Origin: Mobula hypostoma
Taxonomy: Eukaryota
Reading direction: 5' to 3'
DNA: 64,000 bases
NCBI RefSeq assembly: GCF_963921235.1
Contig: NC_086097.1
Span: 125,738,001-125,802,000, forward strand
Positions within the stretch are counted from its first letter, which is position 1, and every line of letters begins with the position of its first letter. The notes under the pieces are model-generated. The model saw only the letters and a program-made list of their open reading frames with translations, did not search any database and was not told the DNA's origin. Positions 48,539-60,545 of the stretch are shown piece after piece. The translations under genes were made by a program, and so were the position numbers.

Positions 48539-49047
48539 CTAGAAATTTTAAAAGTCAGCAGTTTTTAAGAACATTGCAGCAACGTAATTTATTTGTGGAC
48601 TCTTCAATCTCTGCTCTTCTGTTTTCCTCTGCCATAATGGAACTTCGAAACTGAATAGACCACGACATCTGTAATTCAAACTTCAGTCTGGTAATAAAAA
48701 TTGAAACTCAGACTTCAACTAGCAATTGCTGGCTTCAGTGGTAAAGAGTTTAAAGTTCCTTATAAGCGAAGAATTACAATGCATAAAACCTGACAAAAGC
48801 AGAACCACGAGCATGGAGGTCATATTAAAAAAGTTGTAGAAGTACTAATACTAGTAACAGTAGTAGTGTGATTCGTCAAGTTGAGTTTGTTCTCACCCTA
48901 AAGGGTTATTTTTTGGTGAACTGAACGTATATTAACATAGCTAGTTAATTTGAGTTGTAACACATTTTTACAAAGAACTCTTAAATTGCACATCCTACAG
49001 GCTAAAACAAATACAAAGACTTATTCAAAGAAATAAGATCTCACTAC

Positions 49048-49108
49048 CTGAGATTTATCTGATGAATCAAGTAATCCCAAGTCCAATATACTATCAGCAC
49101 CATTTTCC
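49048..49108 (-). CDS. UBR5: UBR5 exon: ENGADSILDLGLLDSSDKSQ
   Basis: Manual translation; tacag/gtagt boundaries; 61 nt. Confidence 0.94.
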
Positions 49109-49365
49109 CTGTAAAATAAATATAATAATTAAGTTTGCATTATAGATTTAGAAGTTCAATGAAATGAAAGCAGAAAATGTTGGCAATACTCTTCAAGTCT
49201 GACTGCATTTGTAGAGATGCTGCATAACTTGTGCATATAGACGCAGATCTGAAAAGCGAACTCTTCTTCACACTCCACAATGCTTACCGAATGGCTGAAG
49301 ACTTTTTTTTTACTTCAGATCTGCAGGCTCTAAAGCTTTAGGTTCAAGGAGGATAATGTACCTTA

Positions 49366-49512
<147 letters not shown>

Positions 49513-49609
49513 TTAATTTAGGCATTACAATTTTATTAGAAACTACATAAATTCATCACAGAAAAATTGCATACATGATGACCAGAACAGATTATTTTTC
49601 AGCACTTAC

Positions 49610-49754
49610 TGGCTGCATTGCTTGAACTCTGGGATAGAGCCGCTCTCCAAGTGCTTGGCGGTGGGCTGGTAGTGGGTCTGGATCATCACTAGGATTTCCT
49701 TCTGATGCTGGCCGGAAAGGTCTGGTATCTATCGAAAGCTGCCTTCTGGATTCC
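49610..49754 (-). CDS. UBR5: UBR5 exon: ESRRQLSIDTRPFRPASEGNPSDDPDPLPAHRQALGERLYPRVQAMQP (start of MLLE/PABC)
   Basis: ORF 49592..49831 core; LGERLYP MLLE motif; AG/GT boundaries; 145 nt. Confidence 0.97.
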
Positions 49755-49969
49755 CTACAAAAATTAAGAGTACCCACTTTAATAATCATTGATTGTATTA
49801 CATTAGAACAACCAGCTGGAGGAGGATTCATGTAAGCTTATTTCCTTATTACATCAATAATATTAATCGGATCAGATTCCATTAATGCATTTGTGAAAGT
49901 GAAGGATTTTCAACTAGCACTAATTATATGGTCAAATCTGTTGAAATTCCCAGGTCAGGTCACTTACTT

Positions 49970-50550
49970 TGATATTGATATTGGTTTCTATTGTCACATG
50001 CACCAGCATACAATAAAATGCTTGTTTTACATAGCATTCATGAAGATCAAGTCATAACAGTGTATTGAGGCAGAACAAGGTAAAAGGACAACAATGCAGA
50101 ATAAAGTATAAAAGCTACAAAGAAAATGCAGTGCAGGTAAACAAAGTGAAGATCATAAGATAGATTGTGAGGTCTAATAATGCAAATTAGTTTGTTCAAC
50201 AGTCTAATTACACTGGGATAGAAGCTGTCCTTGAACCTGATGACACATGCTTATAAGTTTTTGTAACTTCTGTCCAATGGGAGAGGAAAGAGGAGAATAT
50301 GTTTGGAGTGGGTGAGGTCTTTGCTTATGCTGGCTGCTTTATTGAGACATCAAGTACAAACAGTCGATAGCAGGGAGGCCGGTTTCTGTGATGTGCTGAG
50401 CTGGGTAGTTTCTTGCAGTCATGTGCACAGCAGTTGTCATACCAAGTCATGATGCATACAGATAGAATGTTTTTGATGGTGAATTAATAAAAACTGGCAA
50501 GAGTCAACAGGGACATGACAAATTTCTTTAGCCTCCAGAGGAAGCTTCCT
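49970..50550 (-). mobile_element. Old Rex1/Babar 3' fragment
   Basis: gggatagaagctgtccttgaacctg..acttctgtccaatgggagagg reverse-strand signature. Confidence 0.65.
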
Positions 50551-51609
50551 CGAAGTATATATTTTTAAAAGATATGGAAACTTGTCTTTATCTTCTGCGT
50601 TTTGAAACAATACATAGTAATACTAAATTAAAAGCTAAATAACTCTTTTCAACATATTCTTTAGGATCTGATATTCATTATCCCATGGAACCAAAAAAGT
50701 ATTTAAAATTTATTTAATCCTGACCTTAGAACATTGCTGAAAGTAATCTAGATCGTACTCCACCAATGTAACCACAGAAAGTAAGATCTGTAATATGACT
50801 GATCAAGTAAGATGAACTGGTAGAGCCTTCGATGTAATAGAATTCAACACTGCTGGCATTTCATTTGCTGAGGTACTGCTGGCTAGTGTAATAGGTTAGA
50901 ATGGGCAAACATGACCAGAAAGGGATGGCTATTTTATTTTTAATAGAACAATATAAAAGCAAATTCAATGCTTAGGAAGTGCGATTACAAGCTCTAAGCC
51001 CTATTGTGCTGTGAATGGAAGTCTATTTATTTATTTAGAAATGCAGCATGGTAATAGGCTCTTCCGGCCCAACAAGCCTCCCACAGCACAATTAAACCCA
51101 CGTGAGCAGTTAACCGAACTCGTACGTCTTTGAAACTGGAACACCTAGCGGAAACCCACGAGGTCACAGGGAAAACGTAGAAAATCAATACAGATGGAGA
51201 CAGGATGTTTATCACCTGAAATCCCTTGAAAGTTCTATATTTTCTACTTTCAAACTCCGTGTATAGGGACAACATCTTAGGAATTTGTTTGGGGAGGAAA
51301 CAATCCTTAATATGATGGTGAAATAAATAACGGTGCAGATTTTGCACTTTTAGTGACATTGATACTGTCAATGTTTGTTGTCATTATTCTGTGAAACAGA
51401 CTGCAACTTCTTGAGTAGATCAAATGCAGTTCAAGCCTAGAAACCTGCAGTGTGTTGTCAGTGATCACCAGCTACCTCACAGACTCGGCTGTTTTATGTT
51501 TTTTTCAGGATTAAAGAAATACTTTGTTCAGGTATCTACAGAGTAAACTCTCTAATCAGCACAACTTAACACAAGGTGCAAATGACTTTTTAAATAAAAA
51601 GTGTTACTG

Positions 51610-52030
51610 CTTAGCAACAAACACAAAACACTGGAGGAACTCAACAGGTCAGGCAGCATCTCTGGAAGGGAATAAACAATCAATGTTTTGGGCAGAGACC
51701 CTGCATCAGAACTGGAAAGGGAGAAGGAGCCAGAATAAGGTGGGGGTAGGTGAAACCAGGTAAGGGGAAAGGAAATTGGGTGGGTGAAGTGAGAAGCTGA
51801 GAAATGATAGGTGGAAGTGGTAAAGGGTTGAAGAAGGACAAATCTGATAGGAGAGGAGAGTGGAATAAAGGAGAAAGGGAAGGAAGAGGGGCCTCAGGCA
51901 GGTGATAGGCAGGCAAGGACAAGAGATAAGTGGGAGCCTGAATGGGGAATGGAAAGTGGTGGGGGTGGGGGCTTGGGGAAGAGACAAGAGAAATTACCAG
52001 AAGTTTGAGAAATTGGTTTTCCTACTGTCA
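51610..52030 (-). mobile_element. Penelope-like 3' tail
   Basis: Colinear with 11408-11780. Confidence 0.78.
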
Positions 52031-52382
52031 GGTCAGGTAATACCGCTTAGCAACATTTCTGGTCTTATAATAACTAAAATTGTTGTTGCTTGACATATGA
52101 TCCAAAACCCTGATGCACTAATCATTCCAGGATTTAAATAAAAGGTCTTCAGTTGCTATGCTTGATCACAATTTGACTTGTCTCAGTGACTAAGCTAGAA
52201 TATCTACAAAAAATGCACCTATCAATCTGTAATCAAAAATAATAAGGCTGAAGGACAAATAGGAAACAGACAGGAACGATGCTTTGACTGAGCTGGCAAG
52301 CTGATAGTTCAGCCCAAGCCAAAAAACTCAATTGGAACGAGATTCAACTGTATGGACGTAGAGGAGTTATATAGTTAGCATA

Positions 52383-52557
52383 CATTCAGTGGCCACTTTG
52401 CTAGGTAGCCCATTCTGATGTTTGGTCTGAACAACAAATGAACTGCTTGACTGTATCTACATACTTTTATGCACTGAGCTGCTGCCACATTAGTGGCTGA
52501 TTAGACAGATGCCTTAATGAGGTGTATAGGTGTACCTAATAACATGGCCACTGAGTG
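52383..52557. mobile_element. Short Tc1/mariner MITE (deletion derivative of the 17207-17778 family)
   Basis: TIR CATTCAGTGGCCAC / ATGGCCACTGAGTG, TA on both sides. Confidence 0.8.
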
Positions 52558-52863
52558 TAGAACGACACCTTTTCAGTTTATTGTAAACATTTTTGGACAA
52601 CGGATATTTTCTTGAAATATTGATGGTAAAGTATCTAATGGAACTTGATTCGAATTCCATTAGTTTATAAAATTTGACAGGGTTGGACTATATTCTTCTG
52701 CACAATCTCTCCTCTTCAAAAGTGGGACCAAATGTAAACTCCTCCCTAACACAAAATGCAATGGTATTTCAATACTTCAACTGAATAAAAACTGATCTTC
52801 AATTAGTTGATATCATACTGAAGCTTTTGAAAGCCAAGAGTAAATATGAAAAAGTTCACTTAC

Positions 52864-52972
52864 CGATCTCTATCTCGACGTGAACCTGCTCTCATTCCAC
52901 CACTTCTCCTCATTTCTCGTTCTCTCTCTCTTTCCCGCTCCCTCTCCCGGTTCCTCAGGCGCTGCATTAGAC
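52864..52972 (-). CDS. UBR5: UBR5 exon with RE dipeptide repeat: LMQRLRNREREREREREREMRRSGGMRAGSRRDRD
   Basis: Manual translation; tttag acceptor, gtaagt donor; 109 nt, phases fit neighbours. Confidence 0.95.
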
Positions 52973-53269
52973 CTAAACCATAAACAACTACTTATTGTTG
53001 TAACTTCTATAGTAAATGTTATTAATTTTGTTAACAACCAGTACTACCGATCAGTTAAAACACAAAAATGAAAATTTCTAGATTTCAAATTTTCTTGTAG
53101 TAAATGTCTACAAATATATTTATCAATTAACAAAATATATTCTTAATTCAGAAATAATCAGATAAAAGATCAGCTCTCTATCTATATACTACCAGGAAAT
53201 TATGATCTAAGATCGCCAATCATTAATACTGTCCTTTCTTAGAGATATGAAGGACAAAATACACAAGAA

Positions 53270-53560
53270 GGCACCATGGTAGCGTAGTGATTAATGTGTC
53301 ACTATTACAGCTCATGGCATCAGAGTTTGGAGTTCAATTTCATCACATAAGAAAGTTTGTAAGTCCTTCCCCTGAAGCACGTGGGTCTCCCATGGGTGCT
53401 TCATTTTCCACCCATAGTTCAAAGACATACTGGTTAGTAGGTTAATTGGTCATTGTAAATTGTCCTGTGATTAAGCCAAGGTTAAATCAGTGAGATGCTG
53501 GGTAGCATAGCTTGGTCTGGAGGGGCCTGTTCCATGCACTGTGTCTCAATAAATAAATAA
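53270..53560 (+). mobile_element. tRNA-derived SINE, full length
   Basis: A-box-like tagcgtagtga, B-box gagttcaatt, CR1-like 3' end and (taaa)n tail. Confidence 0.72.
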
Positions 53561-54063
53561 AATTTAAAAATAATGAATCTAACCTTCACCTGAAACTGAC
53601 ATCGTGGGAATAAATTTCTACTCAAGATCTTGATATGTTGCAAACCATTACAATTATATAAAACAAAGAAAACTTGTTTTCAGTAATTTAATCACATGTT
53701 CTTTAAGAAACTGACAAAGCAAACTATTTACTTTCTATATAATATTCTGATGGTTTTGTAATCTGCTCCTTTGAATCACTAAGGTGAGAAATTAAATGCG
53801 AACAATTATGTACTTACAGTAAAGGTTAATCATGATTAAATTTGATTGTTCTCATTAAAAATGAAAAGGTTCAATGAATTTTCAGACTATTACAGTTATC
53901 TATATACTCATGAAAGTCCACATCATTTCAGATGCAGGATTAGTTTGTAACAATCTAACAGATCCTGTTACAGTCAGATTTTTAAAAATTTTGTTAAACC
54001 AAATGATTTAGCACCAGAACACATAAACCATTTATATTTGTGAAATATTTAAAAATCACATAC

Positions 54064-54307
54064 TAGTTTGCAATCCCTTGCTAGCATTCTGTATGCAGTC
54101 CAGATTTGGTAATTTTTCACTGGACAGAAATGCTTGTGCAATTGCAGTGTAAAAACTTCGAGCCACTCCACTACCCTCTCCTGGCTCATCTTTGAAAGTG
54201 ACCTTCACCCTGTGCACTGTCATTGGAGTTGTGGTGCATCTGCGGCCAAAGTGATTGTTCAGTTGCCTCATTGTTTGTTGAATCAAGAGGTCACGATCGC
54301 GATCAAC
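54064..54307 (-). CDS. UBR5: UBR5 exon: VDRDRDLLIQQTMRQLNNHFGRR...VKVTFKDEPGEGSGVARSFY...KGLQT
   Basis: ORF 54056..54319 core; HECT N-lobe FxGEx(G)xGxGV-type motif; AG/GT boundaries; 244 nt. Confidence 0.97.
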
Positions 54308-54764
54308 CTGAAATATCACACATTAAAATTATCTTTTTTTCCCCACTGTTAATTTAAAGTACCCAAACTACTTAACTATTTACAACATTGAATAAATATT
54401 GGGGGGAAGAAATTGTAAAGGAAATGACGAGGCACAGATTCACTGTTTATAAACTTGAGATACCTATCAATATTTCAGTATAAACTTAAAGGCTTCAAGA
54501 TCTAACAACAAAAACTTGAATAATCCAGGAAACTCAAATTTAATCTCCCAAATTTAAACTGCTCTGTTCAAGCTGAAACATGAGCATTACTGACTAGTTA
54601 CTTTGCTGGGGAATGTGCATTTGGAAATGGGGTTTGACATTTATTCCTCAGAGACACTCATGTACAAAGTTACATTATTCAAGAAATAATCTTCTATATT
54701 ACTTCCTAAGATTTAAAAGAGAACAAAGGGATGCCAGTAATCATGAAATCAAACCACTTTTTAC

Positions 54765-54863
54765 CTCAAGCGTTAGATCTCTGGATTGAGCATTTCTTAG
54801 TTTCTCCATTTCTCTCCGGAATTTTGATTCTTTCACTTCAAACCCACCAAGTTCAGTCAAGAT
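54765..54863 (-). CDS. UBR5: UBR5 exon: ILTELGGFEVKESKFRREMEKLRNAQSRDLTLE
   Basis: Manual translation; AG/GT boundaries; 99 nt, phase 0-0. Confidence 0.96.
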
Positions 54864-54967
54864 CTATTGAAGAAATTCACACGTTTAGTTCAAGTGCTAT
54901 ATAAATAATTCTGAAAACAATAACTTTAGAATGTTTAACATCAGTGTCATGAGTGTATTTTACCTAC

Positions 54968-55088
54968 CGAACCAGGTTCAGCTCCAACATCTTCCATAAA
55001 TACTCTGCCAAAGAGCTCCAAAGACAATCGCCAACGCCCTAATAACATGTCATGAGAAATCACCATTCCCATGAAACTACACTGCGGC
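54968..55088 (-). CDS. UBR5: UBR5 exon: [40 protein letters not shown]
   Basis: Matches recalled UBR5 peptide; ctcag acceptor, gtaggt donor; 121 nt. Confidence 0.97.
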
Positions 55089-55228
55089 CTGAGATTAGAT
55101 AAAAATAGGAAGAAATTATGAATTTCTAAAACCATGAACTGTTAGATTAAGAATATGACAGTTTTAACATTGTTTTGAACAATTTGAAATATAGCTGCAC
55201 AACAGAAAAAACTGCAAAGAATACTTGC

Positions 55229-55449
55229 CTGAATGATGTAAGTGGTGGTCCTTCACTTTCAGTAAGCCCAATCTCAGCCAGTAAGCTACTTTTTAGTTGT
55301 GCTGCAAGGTCTTGAGCAGATGGTCCTATTCGTGAATTTTCAGATTCATCTTCTGGTAACACTTGCTCATCAGCTGTCTTCCTCTGTCGATTCTGCATAC
55401 TCATAACATTCTTGAGGTTTGAAGAATAAGACATTTTTGTGGGAAGCAC
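55229..55449 (-). CDS. UBR5: UBR5 coding exon (first in window): VLPTKMSYSSNLKNVMSMQNRQ...GLTESEGPPLTSF(R)
   Basis: Translation matches recalled vertebrate UBR5. Acceptor ttcag; donor is AG|gcaagt (GC). 221 nt, phase consistent with the next exon. Confidence 0.96.
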
Positions 55450-55571
55450 CTGAAATGGACCACAATACTGATGTAAACTGGCAATGCTAAGGCTTAAAAA
55501 AGTTTCACTTGTAGGATATGATCTGCACAGCCAGCCCTGAGTTTGCAGAAGGACAGAATAAACAAGACTTA

Positions 55572-57109
55572 CGGTTGCAAGAAAAAGTTTGAAAACCCTT
55601 TGCAATTACCTGTTTTTCTGCATTAATTACTCAAAATGTGGTCTGATCTTCATCTAAATAGACAGACCCAATCTGCCTAAAGTAATAACGCACAAACAAT
55701 TTTGCTTTTCATGTCTTTATCGAACATGTATAATCATTCACAGTTCAGGCTGGAAAAAGTGTGAGAACCCTCGTATTTAATAACTGATAGAACCTCCTTG
55801 AGCAGCAACTCCCACCAAACATTTCCTGAGCTGATCAGACTTGCACAACGGCAAGGAGGAAGTTTAGACCATTCTTCCATACAGAACTCTTCCAGTTCAT
55901 CAGTATTTCTGGGATACCTTGCATGAACAGTCCTCTTCAGTTCCTTGGCACAGCATCTCAGTTGGGTTAAAGTCTGGACTCTGACTTGGCCATTCCAAAA
56001 CACAAATTTTGTTCTTTTTAAACCATTCTGTTGTTGATTTACTCATGTTTCAGATCATTGCCTTGTTGCATCATCCAAATTCTCTTAAGCTTCAGATGAC
56101 AGACCGCTTACCTGACATTCTCCTGTAAAATATCTTGATACAATTTTGAATTCATTGCTCCCTCAACATGTGCAAGCCGCCCAGGCTGAGACAGCAAAGC
56201 AGCCCCAAACCATGACGCTCCTTCCACCATGCTTCACTTGGGATGAGGTTTTGGTGTTGGTGTGTGGTGCCCTTTCTCCTCTAAACATAGCAATGTGTAT
56301 TTCTGCCAAGAAGTTCAACTTTTGTCTTAGCTGTCCACAGAACATTGTCCCAGAAGCATTGTGGAACATCCAGGTGGTCTTTTGCAAACTTGTAGACGTG
56401 CAGCAATTATTTTTTTGGAGAGCAGTCGTTTGTTCTGTGGTGTCCCTCCATGAACACTATTCGTGGTCAGTATTTTTCTTACGGTGGACACATGACCAGA
56501 GATTTTAGTAAGTTCCTGAGATTTCTGCAGGTCTTTTGCCGTTTCCCTTAGATTCTTTTCCACCTCCTTCAGCAGTGTGATCTTGGCAGGAGAATAGCAA
56601 TGGTACTGAGTTTCCTCCATTTGTAGACAATTTCTTATTGTGGACTGATGAAAACTCAGGTCGTTAGAAATGCTTTTATAGCTTTTCCAGCTTCATACAT
56701 CTCTATAATTCTTCTTCTAAGATCCTCTGGAAGTTGTTTTGATCGAGGCATGGTACAGATCTTTCTTGACAAGAGCAGGCTCTGTCAGTAACCAGACTCT
56801 GTCCTTTTTATAGGGCAGGGCACCTCTACAACCCACACCTCCAATCTCATCTCATTGATTGGAACACCCGAGTCCAAAAAGCTTTTGCAGAAGGAATTAA
56901 CCCAGGGATTCACATACTTTTTTTGAATGCCATTGCTTAAATGGCGTACTCAGTACTTACAAGTAGTAACACAATCACTTGTGTGTTATTAAGTTTAGGC
57001 AGATTGTATTTGTCTATTATTGTGACAGAAAACCAGACAACACCTTATAAGTATTTAATGCAGAAAACCAGGTAATTGCAAAGGGTTCACAAACTTTTTC
57101 TTGAAACTT
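55572..57109 (-). mobile_element. Second Tc1-like transposon family, disrupted
   Basis: TIR TTGCAAGAAAAAGTTTG.AAACCCTTTGCAATTACCTG and its inverse, TA flanks; [38 protein letters not shown]. Confidence 0.92.
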
Positions 57110-57215
57110 TATTTCCATGAACAGTAATCGAATGGAGAATAAGAAGCAGGTCATTGATTCATATTAAAGGAAAACTGCTCCTCCTTAAGATGGGTTTCAT
57201 TCAAGTTAGAACATA

Positions 57216-57645
57216 CGTACATAGTGGCTACTTCATTAGGTGCTGTATACCTGATACCTGCTTATTAATGCAAATATCTAATCAGTCAATTATGTGGCAT
57301 CAACTCAATGTACACAAGAGCATGCAGACATGGTCAAGGAATTCAGTTGTTGTTCAGACCAACCAGCGGAATGGGGAGAAAATGTGATCTATGTGACTTT
57401 CACCATGGAACGATTGTTGGTGCCAGATGGGGTGGTTTGAGCATCTCAAAAACTACTGATCTCCTGGGATTTTCCGAGGTCAGTGGAAAATGGCCAGACA
57501 AGCTGACAGGAAGGTGACAGTAACACAAATAACTACTTATTAACAGCAGTGGTTTACAGAAGAGCATCTCTGAACACAGAACATGTCGAACCTTGAAGTG
57601 GCTGGGCTACCTCAGAAGACCACACTGGGTTCCACTCCTGTAATT
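57216..57645. mobile_element. Tc1/mariner non-autonomous element (inverse of the 17207-17778 family), partial
   Basis: atgcaaatatctaatcag..gcagacatggtcaag..gttcagaccaaac shared with 17600-17740 reverse. Confidence 0.75.
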
Positions 57646-58849
57646 AAAACAATTACTGTTTGTATATTTAACCAGCAAAGAAATTTTAGAAACTGTAGGT
57701 ATTTTGACAAAATATTGCCATCTGAGAGGTTCTAATGCCTGGATTCCTGGCTGAGAAACAAAGGAAGTAAACCAACTAGGTAATACCTTGAGTTCAGTTT
57801 TCTATGCCTGTAAAGAAATGTGAAGAAACACAGGAGACAGTTCTGAAACAGGAAACAGAGTGTGTTCTGAAGGCATACTTGAGAGGCTCTTACAGAAGGC
57901 TAACTAACTTGCTGAGCTGGAGGGACTTTGTGGCCGTTACTACTTTCACATGTAGAAGTAATGGATGAAATGACATCATCAGTTAGCATTGAAACAAGTA
58001 ATGAGAACCTCACAATTCAAGTCAATCACCATTGCTGTCAGGTTATAGAATTCACAAAGTTCAAGGAGGAACTCCCTTACTGAGGAAATACACTGTCCTT
58101 GAAATGATGGCAATTGATTGACTCATTTGATCTGGAGGGTCAACCTTGCCTAACCAATTGGTAACCCTTGTTATACATCTAAAACAATTGAAAAATGCTG
58201 AAATCAACTTAGCTCCTTCAAACTAAAATAGTGTATACTAAAAATTGAAGTAAAACATATATGTTCATTTGTTTTTATCAAGTTAGCAAGATGAAGCAAA
58301 ATGATTCAAGTTTGAAAATCAACTGCAGATGCTGAAAATCTGGAAGTGCTGGAAACACTGAGATCAAGGAACATCTATGTAAAGAGAAACAGAATTTAAT
58401 ATTTCATGTCTGACAAAGGATCTTTGAATTAAAGTGTTAACTCTGCTTTACTTTCCACTGATACTCCCTGAAATGCCAGCTATTTCCAGCATTTCCTACA
58501 ATAGAACCTCGAATAACATGCAGTGATTTCTAATAAATGCCCTGCAGGAGACTGCTTAATAAATTGCACGTTTACAACGAAAAGGGAGCGCTCCAGCCAG
58601 TATTAGCAACTGACAGACTCAGATCTAAGTATAATGTCAGGTTTGTAGAATAGAGTTCTATTCCACAAATATCACAGAAAAAGCCAATTTGTGGTAAATG
58701 AATAAGTAAAAATTTGAATGAAAGCAAATTCAGACAGGAATAGAAAACTGTACAACCTAAGACATATGAAGTTCAAATATTATGAAAGTGTTTACTATTA
58801 TAAACAAATGTACATGGGTTGATTTAATGCTCTGCATTTTGCAAATCTA

Positions 58850-59400
58850 AAGCTTCATAAGGCACTGGTCAGACTGCATTTGGAGTATTGTAAACAGTTT
58901 TGGGTTTTAAGAAAGGATGCACTGGAATTAGAGGAGGTCCGGAGTTCATTTGAACCCTGAAATAAAAAGGTTAATGTATTAGGAGTATTTGATGGCACTG
59001 GAGTTTAGCAAAATGGTGTGGGAGAAATATTGTTGAACCATAGCAAACACTGAAAGGCCAAAATATAGTGGGCATGTAGATGTTTCCAACAGTTGGAAAA
59101 TCTAGGACCAGACGGCACAGATTCAGAATAGGAAAATGTCCCTTAAGAACAGAGATGAGAAAGAATGTAGCCAAAAGGTGATGAATCTGTGGATTTTATT
59201 GCCAGACAGCTGTGGAGATCGAGTTATTGAGTACATTTAATGCAGAGGTTGACAGATTCATAATTACTAAGGACGTCAAAGATTACAGGAAGAATGCAAA
59301 AGAATGGAGTTGAGATGAAAAATAAATCAGCATGATGGAATGATGCGCAGACTCAATGGGCTGAATGGCCTAATTCTGCTCCTAATGTCTTATAGTCTTA
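58850..59400 (+). mobile_element. CR1 3' fragment
   Basis: Colinear with 31090-31630; tail ggcctaattctgctcct..tcttatagtctta. Confidence 0.8.
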
Positions 59401-59496
59401 CTTTCCTTTTAAAACTTCTCCACAATAGGTCTACTTTGCAATCCTTGACATTTTCAGCTTAAAAATAAAGCTTTTAAACTTAATTTCAATTGAATG

Positions 59497-60258
59497 CAGT
59501 GGATTATGGTTGACTGGGCCATATCAGGACAGCAGTTATTTGAGACAACCCTAACAAAAACAATTGTGAAAATTACCAGGACTCTTTTCTCTTATTTGGG
59601 ATACTATGCTGTTTAATTGGGACAGGAGACTGTTGCCAAACAGGTTCTAAATAGCAGCAGTTGTGCGCTCCATTAGACACAACACCATGCTTACAGCACA
59701 GTTTTAAATAGCGTCAGTTGTATACGTATGTGCTCAAAAAGCAGTGATTTTTGTCACAGATGGTTGGCGAGAAATAACCAGGAGGACAATTTCAAACTGT
59801 TTTGTTCTCTATGGTTTCAAGCATTCAGGTTTGGAAATGCCAAAAACAGCCAGGAGTAAAAATTTCACTACTTCAAGTTAGAAACTGATGAATTTGAAGG
59901 TATTAACAATCTTGAATGTTACAAAGAAAATGAAGATTTGGAGGATGCAATCATCAATAGCATGGAATGAAGGCAGTCCATTATCTACACAAGGTGCTTG
60001 TGATTTTACTGAATTGTGTACACTGGATGAATTCACCCATCAATAATAATTAGGAACTAATACACAGTTTTATAGTACTGCAGTACTACTGATAGTGTTC
60101 TAATTTGTTCTGCATTCAAACACATTAGTTTTTACTCAATTCGTCTTTTTTTAAAAAACCTTCAATTAATTCCATGAAATTTTGGCTAATCAGGGCAGCC
60201 GTTTAATTGGGCTAAAAAGTACTAGTCCCGATATGTTCCAGTTAACCAGAATCCAATG
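59497..60258 (+). mobile_element. Tigger/pogo-type non-autonomous element, copy 3
   Basis: TIR CAGTGGATTATGGTTGACTGG / CCAGTTAACCAGAATCCAATG|TA. Confidence 0.78.
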
Positions 60259-60545
60259 TACTAGGAAGAGTACCTTTAACAACTCTTTTTGTATATTCAC
60301 AGAAACAAATTGGAAGTAAACAATGAGTGCATGATCAAATTTATATGCATCTTAGTTATAGATCCACAACATGAGACAAAGCTCACCAGAAGTTATATGT
60401 GCGGCAGTAATTCCTGATAGACTGCATTTTTTCCTTCTCCGGCACAACTTGCTCCATACTGATTTAGAACATGCACTAGAAGCCATTCTGGCCATAAAAC
60501 AGCCATGTACCCTGAAATCTCAATAGAAACTTTACAAAAAAATTT

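Noticed and set aside
55147..55605. 152-aa ORF as a single exon
   Set aside because: Only 55229-55449 matches UBR5; the rest is intron or Tc1 TIR read-through.
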